Position numbers and translations under genes: made by a program. A stretch of DNA of 63,262 nt, counting the filler, from Bigelowiella natans CCMP2755 (taxonomy: Eukaryota; Protista; Cercozoa): the NCBI GenBank assembly GCA_000320545.1. It is 6 parts of 6 records of this genome, joined end to end, with 100 filler letters (N's around TTAATTAATTAA, not from the genome) between each part and the next. Parts side by side here need not be neighbours in the genome. Positions count along the whole stretch, not along the records: positions 1 to 27,921 come from ADNK01000952.1; 5 more parts are not named here. The stretch is one strand, 5' to 3'. Below the pieces are notes generated by a model that searched no databases, was not told the DNA's origin, and saw only the letters and a list, made by a program, of their open reading frames with translations. Shown here one piece after another: positions 1-12,397 of the stretch (positions are counted from its first letter, which is position 1; each line of letters starts with the position of its first letter).

Positions 1-704
1 AGCGATTATTAGAGCATGCAGCAAACTGTACATTGTCGTCATCGTGTCATCACCATCACCATCACCATCACCATCACCATCACAATCATCGTCATCATGA
101 ATCTCTTCCAAATCTTGTTCTTCCTCTCTTCGTCGTTCTTCAGGTTAATTCCGTCCACGGGGTGTCGTGTTGCTTGTGGCCTCGTACCTACCGCATCCCT
201 GCGAACGGTGCCTACTAATTAGAAACGCTAGTTGTCCGGAGGGGGGAGCTTGGGGTGGGGAGGGGGGGGGCTCATATTCCTTTTTTACAAGTTTTGTTAC
301 GATGGAGTCATCAACCTCGTAGTGATTGCGGTGGCGGTATTAATTAACCGTGCTGATAACGAAGAAACAGCCCCCTTGTCTGAACCCCAATCATCCGTCG
401 TAATTATTCTTTCTCTCGCATCTTCCAGAGGCGGAGAAAGCACGAAGTAATGGAAGAAATTCAAGGTTCTGTCATCATCTTATAGTTGTTTTGGCCGCTG
501 GAAGCTATGCTATACTCAATAGTTGATCTACCGAATTAACCATGATAGTTGATCTACCGAATTAACTATGGTTTTCTTCTTCTTCTTCTTCTTCTTCTTC
601 TTCTTCTTCTTGTATCATCACAGGAAAGCATCAAGGGACGAAGTGGTGGAGAACGCGTTCTTCATTGGGATCAGGACTCAACGAGGTTCGGGTTATTGTT
701 ATTG

Positions 705-737
<33 letters not shown>

Positions 738-935
738 GTGGGTATGCGTGCAATGGGTGATAATAGGGAAGATAGTGGTTGTAGTAGCAGAAGTGGTGGT
801 TGTACGGTCGTAGCAGCAGTATCCGAAGAAGGAGAAGAGAAAGAACAAGAGAAAAGAGAGGGAAAGAAAGAAAGAGCCCCTCGATTATAGACGTTTGACG
901 TCGTAACGATGCAACTTTTGCTATATTTGTGGAGG

Positions 936-968
<33 letters not shown>

Positions 969-1083
969 CACCCTAAATGGACGTGTGCGCAACTGCATAT
1001 GCCTGTAGTGCGTGTCTATGAACACGTTCCTCGCTGAATAAGCCGCCATTTGTTACTATCTCGGGCGTGAGAATGTGCTGTTT

Positions 1084-1118
<35 letters not shown>

Positions 1119-3513
1119 GAATGAGGTCTTTGGAGCTTGGGGGGCACGTCGGATCATTCGTGAATATGGTAGGTTGGAAGGGGGGGGGAGGGGGGGGGGG
1201 GGGAGAAAAAAAAGAAGGCCCCATGATTCTAGATAAATGAAGAGGAGAACGCGGTTCTGTAGCCTCCAAAGAGAAACTGCTCAATACCGCGGGAGAGGGA
1301 GGCGGGGAGCAGAAAACTTCCTACAGATAGAGATCCATCTTTCTCCTGCTGTTCCTTGGAAACGAATAAATGGCATATCTGATAGATACACTCACTCCAC
1401 AATGGTGGCAGCAGCAGAGGCTGTGTGTAGAGTGTGCGACCCTGGATAGCACCTGATTATTCCTTTTTCTTCTTTTGACGCGGCACGTCAACGCAAAACA
1501 ATGACAATAAAAGGTGAAATATGGAGGAGACATACCTCGTCAGGACGGCACTGTGAATGTAGCTGTCAGGTCATCATCATCGTCATCATTGTTATCACCC
1601 GCCCCCCTCCCTATCCATGTTGTGCATGTATACGAGGGCGGTGCATCTTGCCAAAGAGCACCACGCTGAATAGTGTAAACGTGTGAGTGATGGCGACATT
1701 ACCGAGGATGGGCTACAAAATTTTGAAGTGTGCCCCCCCCCCCTGAGAGACTTTCAGAGCCGCTCTCTCACATATTTCATCCTTCCATTCACAGCCACGT
1801 ACGCCTCAAGTACTTGCCCCCAAGCGCATTGGTCGAGGCGAGAGCTGCCCGTGAGAGGAGGAGGAGGAAAAAGATGCTGGTGCAGAAGAAGAAGAAGCAG
1901 CAGCAGCAGCAGCCTGGCAGTAGTAGTAGTACTACTACTACTACTACTACTCCTTCTCCCACCACTGGTGTAAACAATCCTCTCATCAATAAGAAGATAG
2001 AGAAGGTGAAGAAAAAGTGCAACCAACCGCCATCAGAAACGATAAAGAAGGCAATAGCGACGGTGACTACGACGGGGACAATTCCAACCAAGCCCCGCCC
2101 CCCCTCGTCAGGGGTAGTAGGGCAGCGGGAAAGGGGAGCTGCCATTGGGGTGGAGGACCCTACCCATAGAAGTGACGAGATGCATGTCTCCTCCTCGCCA
2201 GTAGACAGCACGAAGAGAAGCGGCCTTAGAAATGACGATGTAAAAGGATTTCGTACTTCTGGTCTCAGTAGCAGTAGCAAAGGCACTACTGGATTAAGCA
2301 GCACAGCCGACCCCGCAGCAACAAATTCACTGTCATCATTGACATCGTCATCATTATCGTCATCTACATCATCATCATCATCATCATCATCGTCGTCGTC
2401 GTGTCGACAAGAGAACCAAGGAACGCGAGCAGGCATGAGGCAGCGGCATCCTCACCAGAGGTATTTATGCTCTCATTATCATCGATAATATATCATTGGT
2501 ACTTTGGTAGGCACAATGGAGAGACGAGAGGGGTTGGGGGGGAGGGGGGAGGGGGGAGGGGGGTGAGTTCATCACACAAATAGAAGCTCACCAAACACCT
2601 CTGTCTCTTTTTCCGCACAACAGCACTATTATCAGCAGCAGTAGCAGCAGCAGTGCAATGGTATCAACACCAATAGCAGCTGTCAAGAAAACTAAGAGCA
2701 AGAGCATGGAACCCTCGAGTAGTAGCAGCAACGACATGATGGCGATTACCCCCATTGTTGTGATGCCTGATGATGGTGGAGGGAGAGGGAAGAAGAAGAC
2801 GCTCAGGATTGTGGAGGGGATGGATACCGGACGGCAAGCTGATGATATGCGTGAATTGAGGAGAGACATCTTTACAGGTCGCTAGTTAATGGCTATGTGT
2901 GAGTGTGTGTGCGTGTGTGTGTTTGTATTGGGTGCATTGCCGCTGCTCTCATCGTCAGTCTTCGCGTCGTATCTATCTATCTCTGGTTAGCCGTCATAAT
3001 TCAATGTAGTCCATGCATGCGTGCACCCTCTTTTAACTCGCAAACTGCCATCGTACGTGCAATCAAGTTGATGGGTCAATACTAACTATGGAAGGTTTCG
3101 CCGGAGATGAAGCGGTGATGGCTACTGATTCGAGAGGCAAGAGCAACAACAACAACATCGGCAACATCGGCAGCAATGTCAGTCAACTCTCCGCGCCTCT
3201 AGCCATGCGCGGAAGCAGCACCCTGGGAGGGAAAAGTGGCGCTAGTGGCAGAGGCAGGGGAGGCAGCTATGGTCGCGGATCGCGATCGTCACGGAAACGG
3301 CGCAACAACATGATGAGGCAATACGGCCAGCATCACCATTATCCTTATGTCGTTCCAGAGGAGCATCAAGGGCAGCAGCGTGAAGAAAAGCAGCAGGGGG
3401 CATCAACGACGGCTGGTGGGCATGGCGATGGCGGCCAGAATGATAATGGGGGCCGTCGTTTTGAAAGGGGGCAAGCTTCAAAGACAACGCCCAAGCGAAT
3501 GAGGAGCGAGTGA
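1..3513 (+). CDS. 3' part of a multi-exon hypothetical protein gene, low-complexity C-terminus, function unknown
   Basis: Series of AG...GT-bounded segments separated by microsatellite introns. Coding-like ORFs at 1730-2488, 2658-2885 and 3088-3513. No recognisable domain, and exon structure not resolved. Confidence 0.45.
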
Positions 3514-4721
3514 TTCAGATTCTGATTGTTAGACAGAGGCCAGCGTTTGCTACGATACTGCTGCGAGAAATTCTATCATTCAATCAAGTAATGGCTGGTA
3601 GGGGAGAGTTGTACTTCAACGGCAAACCCATAGGCCTATTCGTCTTCGGCGATATAATAAAGCTTTGGTGCGCTCGCCCAGCGTGCTATGTGATGCCAGT
3701 GTTATCATTAGAATGATAAGAAGAATATCGTATCTCCAGGGGAAGTTTAAAAGCATCGAGACTCGTGACGCAATACTATTGTCGGCGTTACGATACAGTC
3801 GCAGCGCTGCTGCAAAACTGTCGATGTATAGCGTAGCGCGCGCGATCGCCACGCAGGCCTGCACAAGCTGAAGTGAGCGCCACATGCAAGTACGTAGAGC
3901 CAAGACGTACGCATGTGCTAGCTTGGCTGAAACAGCTCTGTGTACGTAGTAGCTATCCACAGCAGTGCGCAAAGCGCAAAGCCCGGCATGTACTACTAAT
4001 AAGTTCTCAATCGTGCTCGCCATACTAGCCCGCTTGCCCCGCATCAACGGATTGTTTGCAATAGCTAAATCTGGATTATTGCAACGCACATATGTATCAC
4101 TTGCACTGGGCGCATGCTAGTGCGGGGGCGCAAAATAAATGCTGGTACGTTCTACATGCAATGCATGTAAGACGGATGTAATCAATCAAATTAAATTTGT
4201 TCAATGGTCACCTTCACGTAGCTGTACAATGCAGCGGCTACAGCGCTGATATTGAATCTGTGATGGCGACAGCTAGCAGAACCACACATCAATGCTATAC
4301 ATCCTGCGTTATTAGATTCATCATCTAGGTAGGCCATGCAGCGAGCATTCGGATTCAGCGCTACTATATGCTACATGCTACACTGTATCGACCTAGTGCT
4401 GTCGTGCTAGTCTTCTTGTGCGGTAAAAGCGTGGAACAATGCAAGCTAAGAATGTATATTGAGCGCATAGCCCACGCTGTGCGATGTCCAAGCTATGATG
4501 CATGCTAGCATGCGACGATCCTGTCAGTCCCCGAAATTAAATTATGATATATCTGGACATGATTCCCATTGCTCAACTAAAAACCTCAAACGTAAATCTA
4601 TCCTCCGGCAGGATAAATTCCGCAAACTGTAACAGATCTGTTCGAATTCTTTAACAAAGGCAGGGCGCTTATGATTTCCTGCAGGGGGGTCGTAGATCAT
4701 CGCTTCAAATTAAAGTGCGGT

Positions 4722-7700
4722 TCACGCGATCCAAAGCTTGTCTTCCAGCTCGTGTAGTTTCAGAAAATCCGGGATAAACTTGTGCTTGCTCGGCGGGAGG
4801 AGTTCTTGCAGCAGCGACGTTGACTCGCCTGTAGGTCTATCAGATTCCGCAAAATACTCATATATCTTGATCAAGTCATCGGTCCCCAGACCGTGTTCCA
4901 GGTGCGTTCGAAGAGTCTCGACCTCTGAGCCGAGAGATTTCTGTAAATTTTCGGCCATTCTCTCCGAACGTTTATCCTTGGGGCTGCCCTCTTGTTCTTC
5001 CTGTTTGCTACCGGCATCGCTGTGGAAATTGATGATCCTGAAGTCGTCTTCGCTGTCGCTATTGACCTCTTCGCTTTGTTGGGCTTCGTGATCATGGCAT
5101 TCTTCATCAGGATCGTCTTCGTTCTCATCATCTTTCTCGACGGCTCCGGGTTTGAGGATATCGCGCAAGTAACTGGTCATCTTTATGAAGTCTTTCGCTT
5201 GATTCTTGGCCTCCTCGCCTTCCATAGCCATGCCCTCCTCAGCCGTATCGGCGACGGTCTTGTTTTCAGTGGCTTTAGCACCGCCGACAATCGGCTGCTT
5301 CTCAGCGTCCTTCATCTGGAGCAAGATTTCCCTGTCCTCCTCCAGAGATTCGAGAAGCTGCGACGCTTCAAGCAACTTTGCCACGCGAGGTGTAGACTCG
5401 GGATGATGATGATGCGCCTTGCTTACTCTCTTGTCCTCAGGCTCTGGGGTCGATCGGTTGTCCGCTGCCGACTTCTGTGCGATCTTGACCCATATATCGA
5501 AGCGGTCGAATCCCTTCGAGAGAGCAAGGTTGGATATGCCTGCAAGGCACACGATTCCAGCGTTGAGGGCTCTTGCAACGTCGCGGATGTCCTTCTCGGA
5601 CGTGATTTGCTTGGTCGCTTTCTTGTTGATCTGTTTGAGGGGCTCCCTGCAGGATTCTAGGATCTCGAGGCCCCGCTTCGTTTGCTCGTCCTCCTCGACG
5701 GGCATCTGAAACTTGCCCGACGTTACGTCTTTGTAGAGGCCGATCCTGGCCTTCTTCAGCTTCTTCGCGACTCGCTCGAGCTTTCCCAGGGTGAGCTCAT
5801 AGTGCGTCAGCTGCATCTGGAGCTCCTGCAGATCGAGGGCGCTCTCGATGTCGGCGCCAATCTGTAGGGTGCTCTGCAAGGATGCCAGCTGCGACCTCAG
5901 CTTCTCCAGCGTGGAGGACTCCTCGTCAAGGCTTTTAGCGTCGAGCTTCGCCGGCGAGAGGTTGATACCTAAGTTGGTAGCCCAGCCCTTCCTAGCCTTT
6001 AGTTTCTGCTGCGTCTCTGGGCGGCCCTTTCCACCGCCACGCGACCCCGGCCTTAGAACTGACATCTTCGGCGACTCCGCCTCCCTTTGTTGGCTTGGGC
6101 GGGAATCCGCACTCTTCGTCTTGCTTCTGCTAACAGCAGGCTTCACGATTCGTTTCTTCACGGGTTCGGATATATGCTTCTTGAGAACAGGTGCGTTCCG
6201 GACGATGGTGGCATCTGCACTTTGCCCTCCATTGCGAATCTGTTCCAGCTCGCGCGATGGTATTCTCACTGTTTGGATTTCCTTTTGCTTCAGCCTCACT
6301 GTGAGTTGTTCGTCGCTAACAGGCATTCCTCTCACGGGGACCCTTTTCCTGGCCTTTTGCAGGGCGCTGCTAATGTCGGTGTCCCTTCTCTGCTGCACGT
6401 TGGCTTTCTCTCCTGGCTCTTGCTCTGGCTGCTCTTTCTTCATCTTCTCTTTCCTCCGCTTTTCTTCGCGCTGTTTCATGCGGCGTTCGAATGCCTTCCG
6501 TTTCGCAGCAGCTTTTTTGTCAGGTCCCGACGGTGGTGAATTCTTGCCCAACTCGGCCACAGAACCACTGTCCTCAGCTCCGTGCGCGCCGATGTGAATC
6601 ACTCCTTCAGCCTTCTCTCCTCCTCCGGCCTCATTGGCGGCCTGCTGCCTTGCCAGGAGCATCTTCCGCTGCTCAAAGTTCTCTCTCCTTGCTTTCGCAA
6701 GTTGATCCATTCTCTCCTTGTACTCACGCTTGTGCCTTTCCTCTGGAGATTCTCTTTTCATCATCATCACACCGTCATCATCACCGGCTGGGCTTGAAGC
6801 CATGTCGCCGCCGGGGACATCTCCCCCGAATTCAGTGTTTCTGGCAGCAGTAGCAGTCGCCGCAGTAGCAGCAGCTCGTTGTCGCAATTGTTTTTGATAC
6901 TTTTCATGCTCCCTTTTGTGCCTGTCTCGAATCGATTCTCTCTTCCGAATTACAACGTCAGGTTCCTGCGACTGAACATGTGTACCGTCTCCCATTGCTG
7001 CAGCTTCTCGCTCTTCGCGCTCCCTCTTTTCTTTCAGCATTTTTAGTCGAACTCTTTCCTGGAAGGCCTCCTTCCGAGCCTTTTCCAGCTCTTTGTATTC
7101 TCTCTGATGTCTCTCTTCTGCTGTTTCCCTCCGTCTCAACGCAGGACGTGATGCAGCAGCTGGCTCAGGTTCCCCGACGGGCTGCTGCTCATTTCTTGCT
7201 CGAATGTTCGGTTGATGATGCTGTACTTGGTGGTGGGTGCCATCCCCTTGGGCTGCAGCCTCTCGCTCTTCACGTTCCCGCTGTTCTTTTAGCATTTTTA
7301 GTCGAACTCTTTCCTGGAACGCCTCCTTCCTCGCCTTTTCTAGCTCTTTGTATTCTCTCTGATGTCTCTCTTCTGCTGTTTCACGTCGCCTCATCATTGG
7401 GCGCTGTGCTGATTCGTGGACATCTGCAGAAGACGCAGATTGCGCACCTGTTGCTTCTTGCGCAGGTCTCTGGATTTGCCTGATTTCTACGTCACCAAAG
7501 GGCGATGCGCTTGGGTTATAGGGGTTTTGTTGGCCTTTCATTTTGGCCTGCAACCGCTTCCGATCTTCGAACGCCCTGGTAGATAGCAAAAAATGTTATC
7601 AGATAAAGAAAATCTATCGTGGAACAAGAAAATGGTGGCGAGCGTGTACGCGTGAGACGATGCTGATCGAGAAAGAAATTTCCGCCACAAAGTGGGGGGT

Positions 7701-8865
7701 AACTCACTGGATACGAGCTCTTTTGAGGGCCTCATTATATTCCCTTTCCCTTCTCTCTTTCTCGCTCTCCTGCACTCTCGGCCTGTGGGGAGCACGACCC
7801 TGACAATCAAGCCGCCGCTGCTGCTGTTGCCCTCCCCCCCCCCCTGCATAGGCTGCAGCGGCCGGAGCAAGCTGGTGGCCTCTGACGCTACTCGGAGCTG
7901 GTGACGGGCGCTGAGGCAACCCATCAACAGCTACAACCTCCCCAAATTGGAAGTTATCCTGTGCATTGGCGCTCTCTTCTGCGGTGGCCTGCACCACCAT
8001 GGCATTTGCTATCACATTCTTCGGTTTATAGTAGCTGTTCTGTACTGCGGCGGCGACATCGCTGGGAGCGGCGGCAGCCTCCTGGACACGCTGTAGCCTT
8101 CCCTGATACCCAGCTTGAACGCGTCCTTCGTGCCTGGCGCGGTTGTTCTGAGCAGCCCTTCGATTGTCCCAGTACATCTGCTCTCGCTGCATCCTCAGGA
8201 CCCGATCCTGCTCGCGGAGCTTGCGGAGTTGTTCCTCCCTTCTGATTTCAGCCTCTCGCCTCCGCATCTCCCCCCTCCGCTGTGCCTCCAGCATCTCCGC
8301 TTTTCGTTTCGCAGCAAACGCGGCGCGCTTGCGCTTCAATTCCTCAGCCTGCTTCTTTCTCTTCAGCTCCTCCTCAGCCTGCTGCCGATGCAGGTCCAGA
8401 AGCTGCTTGCGATGCGCTTGCTGCGCGGCATGTACCTGCCTGTGAGCCAGTACGCCAGCAGCGTGTCGCTTCTCTCTCTTTCTCGCCTCTACGTTTGAGG
8501 CTGCATTGGCACTTGGCCGTTTCGATTCCGGGCGCTTTGACTCTCTTCTCCGAGGTAGTTCCTCTTTGTTGCTGGCCGCTTTCTCTCTCTTCGCCCCGAG
8601 CCTCTTCGCCTCCTGCCCCCCCTTGTCGTTATACGATATAGGGCCATGTATCACCGTATGCGAGAATTCCTCCTTTTGAATGCGAAAACAGGTTGTCATC
8701 TTGATTGGCGAATGAGCAAGTTTCGCGGGAAAACGATTCGGTTATCAGCGGGAATGTATAGACGTTCGAGCAACCTGTATCTTCCCTGAAGTCAAAAAGC
8801 GCTCGATCTGGCCCTTGAACCATTTTTTCCTCAATACCTGGCATTATTGCTTGTTGCTGAGAAAC

Positions 8866-8901
<36 letters not shown>

Positions 8902-10472
8902 CAACAACAACAACAACAACAAGAAGTATTTCTGATAAGGTGCATACCGTGTTTACTGTCGGCCGATTCTTCGGGTTCTTGTTCAAAAGCTTCATCACCT
9001 AAGAATGGAGGAATTTATGCGCCCCCGAAAGACGGTAATTTATTAACGATGAGGTCGATGACTGACCAAGTTTCTCATATTTGCGCTGAAGGTTCGTGGC
9101 ATCGGCGGAGGGTTGCTGTTACAGATCCGTCTGACCAACGCTTCCATGCTGTGATGGGATTATGGATGAGATTCAATGAAATCGTGCGAGGTTAGCTCAA
9201 TACTTGCAGCCGACCTGTTCGCGAGAAAAGGGTGACGAAGGCAGCAAAGCTCGTACATCAACACGCCAACCTTAATATCAATAAATTGCATTGTTATTGA
9301 AGTTTTCCCCCAAGAAGATTCAGATTGCCCTACCGCCCACATGTCTGATTTGTTGGCATAAGGCTTGTTTTTGCAGATCTCGGGGGATAGGTAGTAAGGA
9401 GTTCTAGAACACACAATTGAATAGGGTTATTTACCAAAATGTGGACGTCACTCACACCCAAATACTCAAACATGTGATATCTCACCGACAATATTACATT
9501 CCGTAGATTATGCACATTTTGTAACTTATTTCTATCAACATTGAAAGAACAATTGATCAAGTGAAAGTAAAATTCCTACGCTTTCAAGAGGTAGACCTGC
9601 TTACCCTATCTGAGTTTTTGCCAGAGCTTCTGTGTGTTTGAGAGTCTTCGCGATGCCAAAATCCCCCAATTTGACCATACCTACGAATGTTATGTTTTGC
9701 CTTGAGTCCAAGGTGAGCGTTGCTTTAGATTACGGTGTGACTAACCGTTTTTCATCAAGAAAACATTCTGAGATTTAATATCTCGGTGTAAAATTTTGCG
9801 ATCGTGGATGTGCTTCAAGGCCAAGCATATCTGTATCGTCCAGTCCACGATCTGAAGGGAGTTATCGGAACTAAGTCTTCGGTTGCGAACAAATTTGGAA
9901 TTTAATGTAGAATCTACAGCAACCTTCTTTTCTCTGAAATATCTTCCTCTCTGTTTCTTTATCTTTTCTTCGAGGTCTCCACCGTCAGCAAAGTCCATCG
10001 CTATGTAAATGAGGTTTTTCCTCCCTTTTTTCTAATGGTAACGGGGAAGATAATTAGTTGGCCAGGTTTGCATTGCGTTTGTCTGAGGCATTGATTGACC
10101 TTTTCAAACCATTCTTTGTATCCGATAATATTCGGATGTGCCATCTTCTCAAGGAAGTCTATTTCTTTCATGGCACTCTGTGTTAGCGATCACAAGATAA
10201 GATCAGTGCTGGAGAGAAGGAGCTAGGGGTTGTTTTGCTGATAATCAAATCTCAGCAGCAGACCTTTTTGTTCTCTTTTTCAGAGCAATCGAGCTCTTTC
10301 ACAACAAATGTTTTCCCAGTCCTCTTCAATTTTGCAAGGAACACCTTCGCAAGAATGGCAAGCAAGTTGGGTGAGCTGATGCCTCATCATCAAATTCCCA
10401 AAGTGTAGACAACAAACCTACCTTTCCGAAGCCTCCCTCGCCGAGTTTCTTCAAAACCTCGTACTTCTCCAT
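4722..10472 (-). CDS. NEK1: NIMA-related Ser/Thr kinase, NEK1-like (multi-exon)
   Basis: Spliced exons read [17 protein letters not shown] / VFLAK..FVVKE / HPNIIGYKE / MDFADGGDL / [11 protein letters not shown] / KLGDFGIAK / [25 protein letters not shown] / EEFSHTVIH. These are followed by a long coiled-coil region and a C-terminal '[18 protein letters not shown]' motif typical of NEK1. GT-AG introns. Confidence 0.9.
6999..7392 (-). repeat. Two near-identical ~47-aa coding repeats in the NEK1-like tail
   Basis: [36 protein letters not shown](Q/K)[10 protein letters not shown] occurs at ~7254-7392 and ~6999-7137. Confidence 0.9.
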
Positions 10473-10742
10473 AATGTCTAAGTGGGGTGGTGTAAATCCT
10501 TCCACTAAAGTTTCCTACTTCGTGCGCGCCCCCTCCGTAAACGCACGCCGGCTCCCTCGATGTGGTTTTGTTCGTTTAACGTTTGGCCGGTTACTCCCTT
10601 GTCTGTTGTGAGTACGAGCTCGTGCAGCCTTGCTTTTTTTTAAAAAAATCACCGCTACTAACCGATATCGTGAAGAAATAAGTGGTGATTGAGCGTTGCG
10701 ACAAGGGTTAATTACGAAGTGTTCTTCTATGGAAAAAAAAGG
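10473..10742. promoter_or_regulatory. Probable bidirectional promoter between the NEK1-like gene and PHAF1
   Basis: About 270 bp between divergent starts. The PHAF1 start codon is uncertain. Confidence 0.4.
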
Positions 10743-12198
10743 ATGGCATTTTATCAGTGCGACTTGGAGAATTGCGCGGGAAAACCTGCGTTTTCTTCCT
10801 TTTTCGCCAACATCAGCCGGCTGCGAGCAGTGCCTGCTCGGAATTTCCCCCCCTTCCTATTCAGAGAGCCGGCAGCCGGTTGTACGGCAACTAATACGCT
10901 ATGGAACTCCGACCAGGCCAGTCCCTGGGACCCTTCAGGCTTGGTCAGCCTCTTTCGGAGGTCATCGGATTCCTCAGGAACAATGGAATGGAATACCGGT
11001 GATTGTTAAGAGATGCCATCATCATCATCCTTCCCAACGAATAACCACTCCTTTTGGTTGTGAAAGGCGGGTCCAAATGCAGTTCAATGTCCGACATCCC
11101 TGCCGCTCGGACATATGCCTAGTTGCGAAGAATGTTGGAATGCGACTGCGCTTCTGCGCGCATTTGCAGGTGGTTTTTTTTTTGTCCATCAGTCACCTTT
11201 CTTGAGCAGTTTCCGGAAGATAATTCCTAAAACAGCCGCCTGCACCATCCACCTCCCTCTCAGCTTGGAGAAAACCGTTGGAGTGATTTCGTTGTAATTC
11301 ATTATTTGTTGTTTAAAGTTGCTGAAGCTGATCGATGTGTACGATGCGAAGCAGGTGGTTCATTAGTACTTACATCTTCCCCCCTCTCAACTTAATAATA
11401 CCCTGATAATGATTACGACACAACGTTTAATTTTTAGACTAGTGTGACGTATGAGGGTAAAGATCTCATGGGCCCCTCTGTTGTCCCATCGTTCTCTCTC
11501 GTCTCGAGGGTACTCGGTAAGTGGGGTGACTCACGTGTTGATGGAGACGTCACCTTCCTGTGTGTAAGATGCTTTCTGGTTAAATAGGCCCCACGTTTCC
11601 AGGGCGATTCCACCGCGAAAGAAAGGTTGGTACAGGCAGAACGAAGACATCTAGCCGTTTCCTCTCGGTTGAAGATCAAAAGTTGCGGGGTGTGATTGTC
11701 CTGTGTACTACTAGGTCTTCATGCTGCAATACCCCGGAGTATGCGTGATGTTTCCAGTCAATTCAGAGATCTACCACGGTTAGAGAAGATTTCAACGTTC
11801 CCATTGTTTATGTCTTAAAAAAGTCAGTGCGGTGCGGTGTGGTGCAGTGCAAAGAACATGCTTCTTTGGAAGCGTCAAAAGGCTCTCGCAAATCAAGCAA
11901 AAGCTTGAATATGGGAAATGAATCGCACGTTTTTTATACATTAATTCTCTCTCCTTTTTACTTTCCAGGGCCATCCTCCTCCTCTTCATCGGAGGTTAGA
12001 ATCGAAGATCTTGAGCAAACGGACCCGACCGCAAGCCGTTTCTTCGTACACGCAGGGAAATCGTGTTTAGGTAGGTGGTGGCAGAAGTATGGCCAAAAAT
12101 CCAACATCAAAACCAACCGAACGTAACTAGCTCTTCAATGCCTCGCTGTCTTTGCCATATTCCTGCATTCTTCCACTGATATACTACTACCACTGATA

Positions 12199-12243
<45 letters not shown>

Positions 12244-12366
12244 TATGTAAATATATCTCACTGTTTCTTCTTCCAGAGAGGTTGCGTCTTCCAACTCCGG
12301 ATAGCAGCAACTGCTTGTATTTCGAGCCGATCGTCGTCAAAATTAATAGAGGTACGATAAGTGAGA

Positions 12367-12397
<31 letters not shown>

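Noticed and set aside
519-570. 26-bp tandem duplication ATAGTTGATCTACCGAATTAAC(C/T)ATG
   Set aside because: Only two adjacent units with no spacers. Ordinary intronic duplication, not CRISPR-like.
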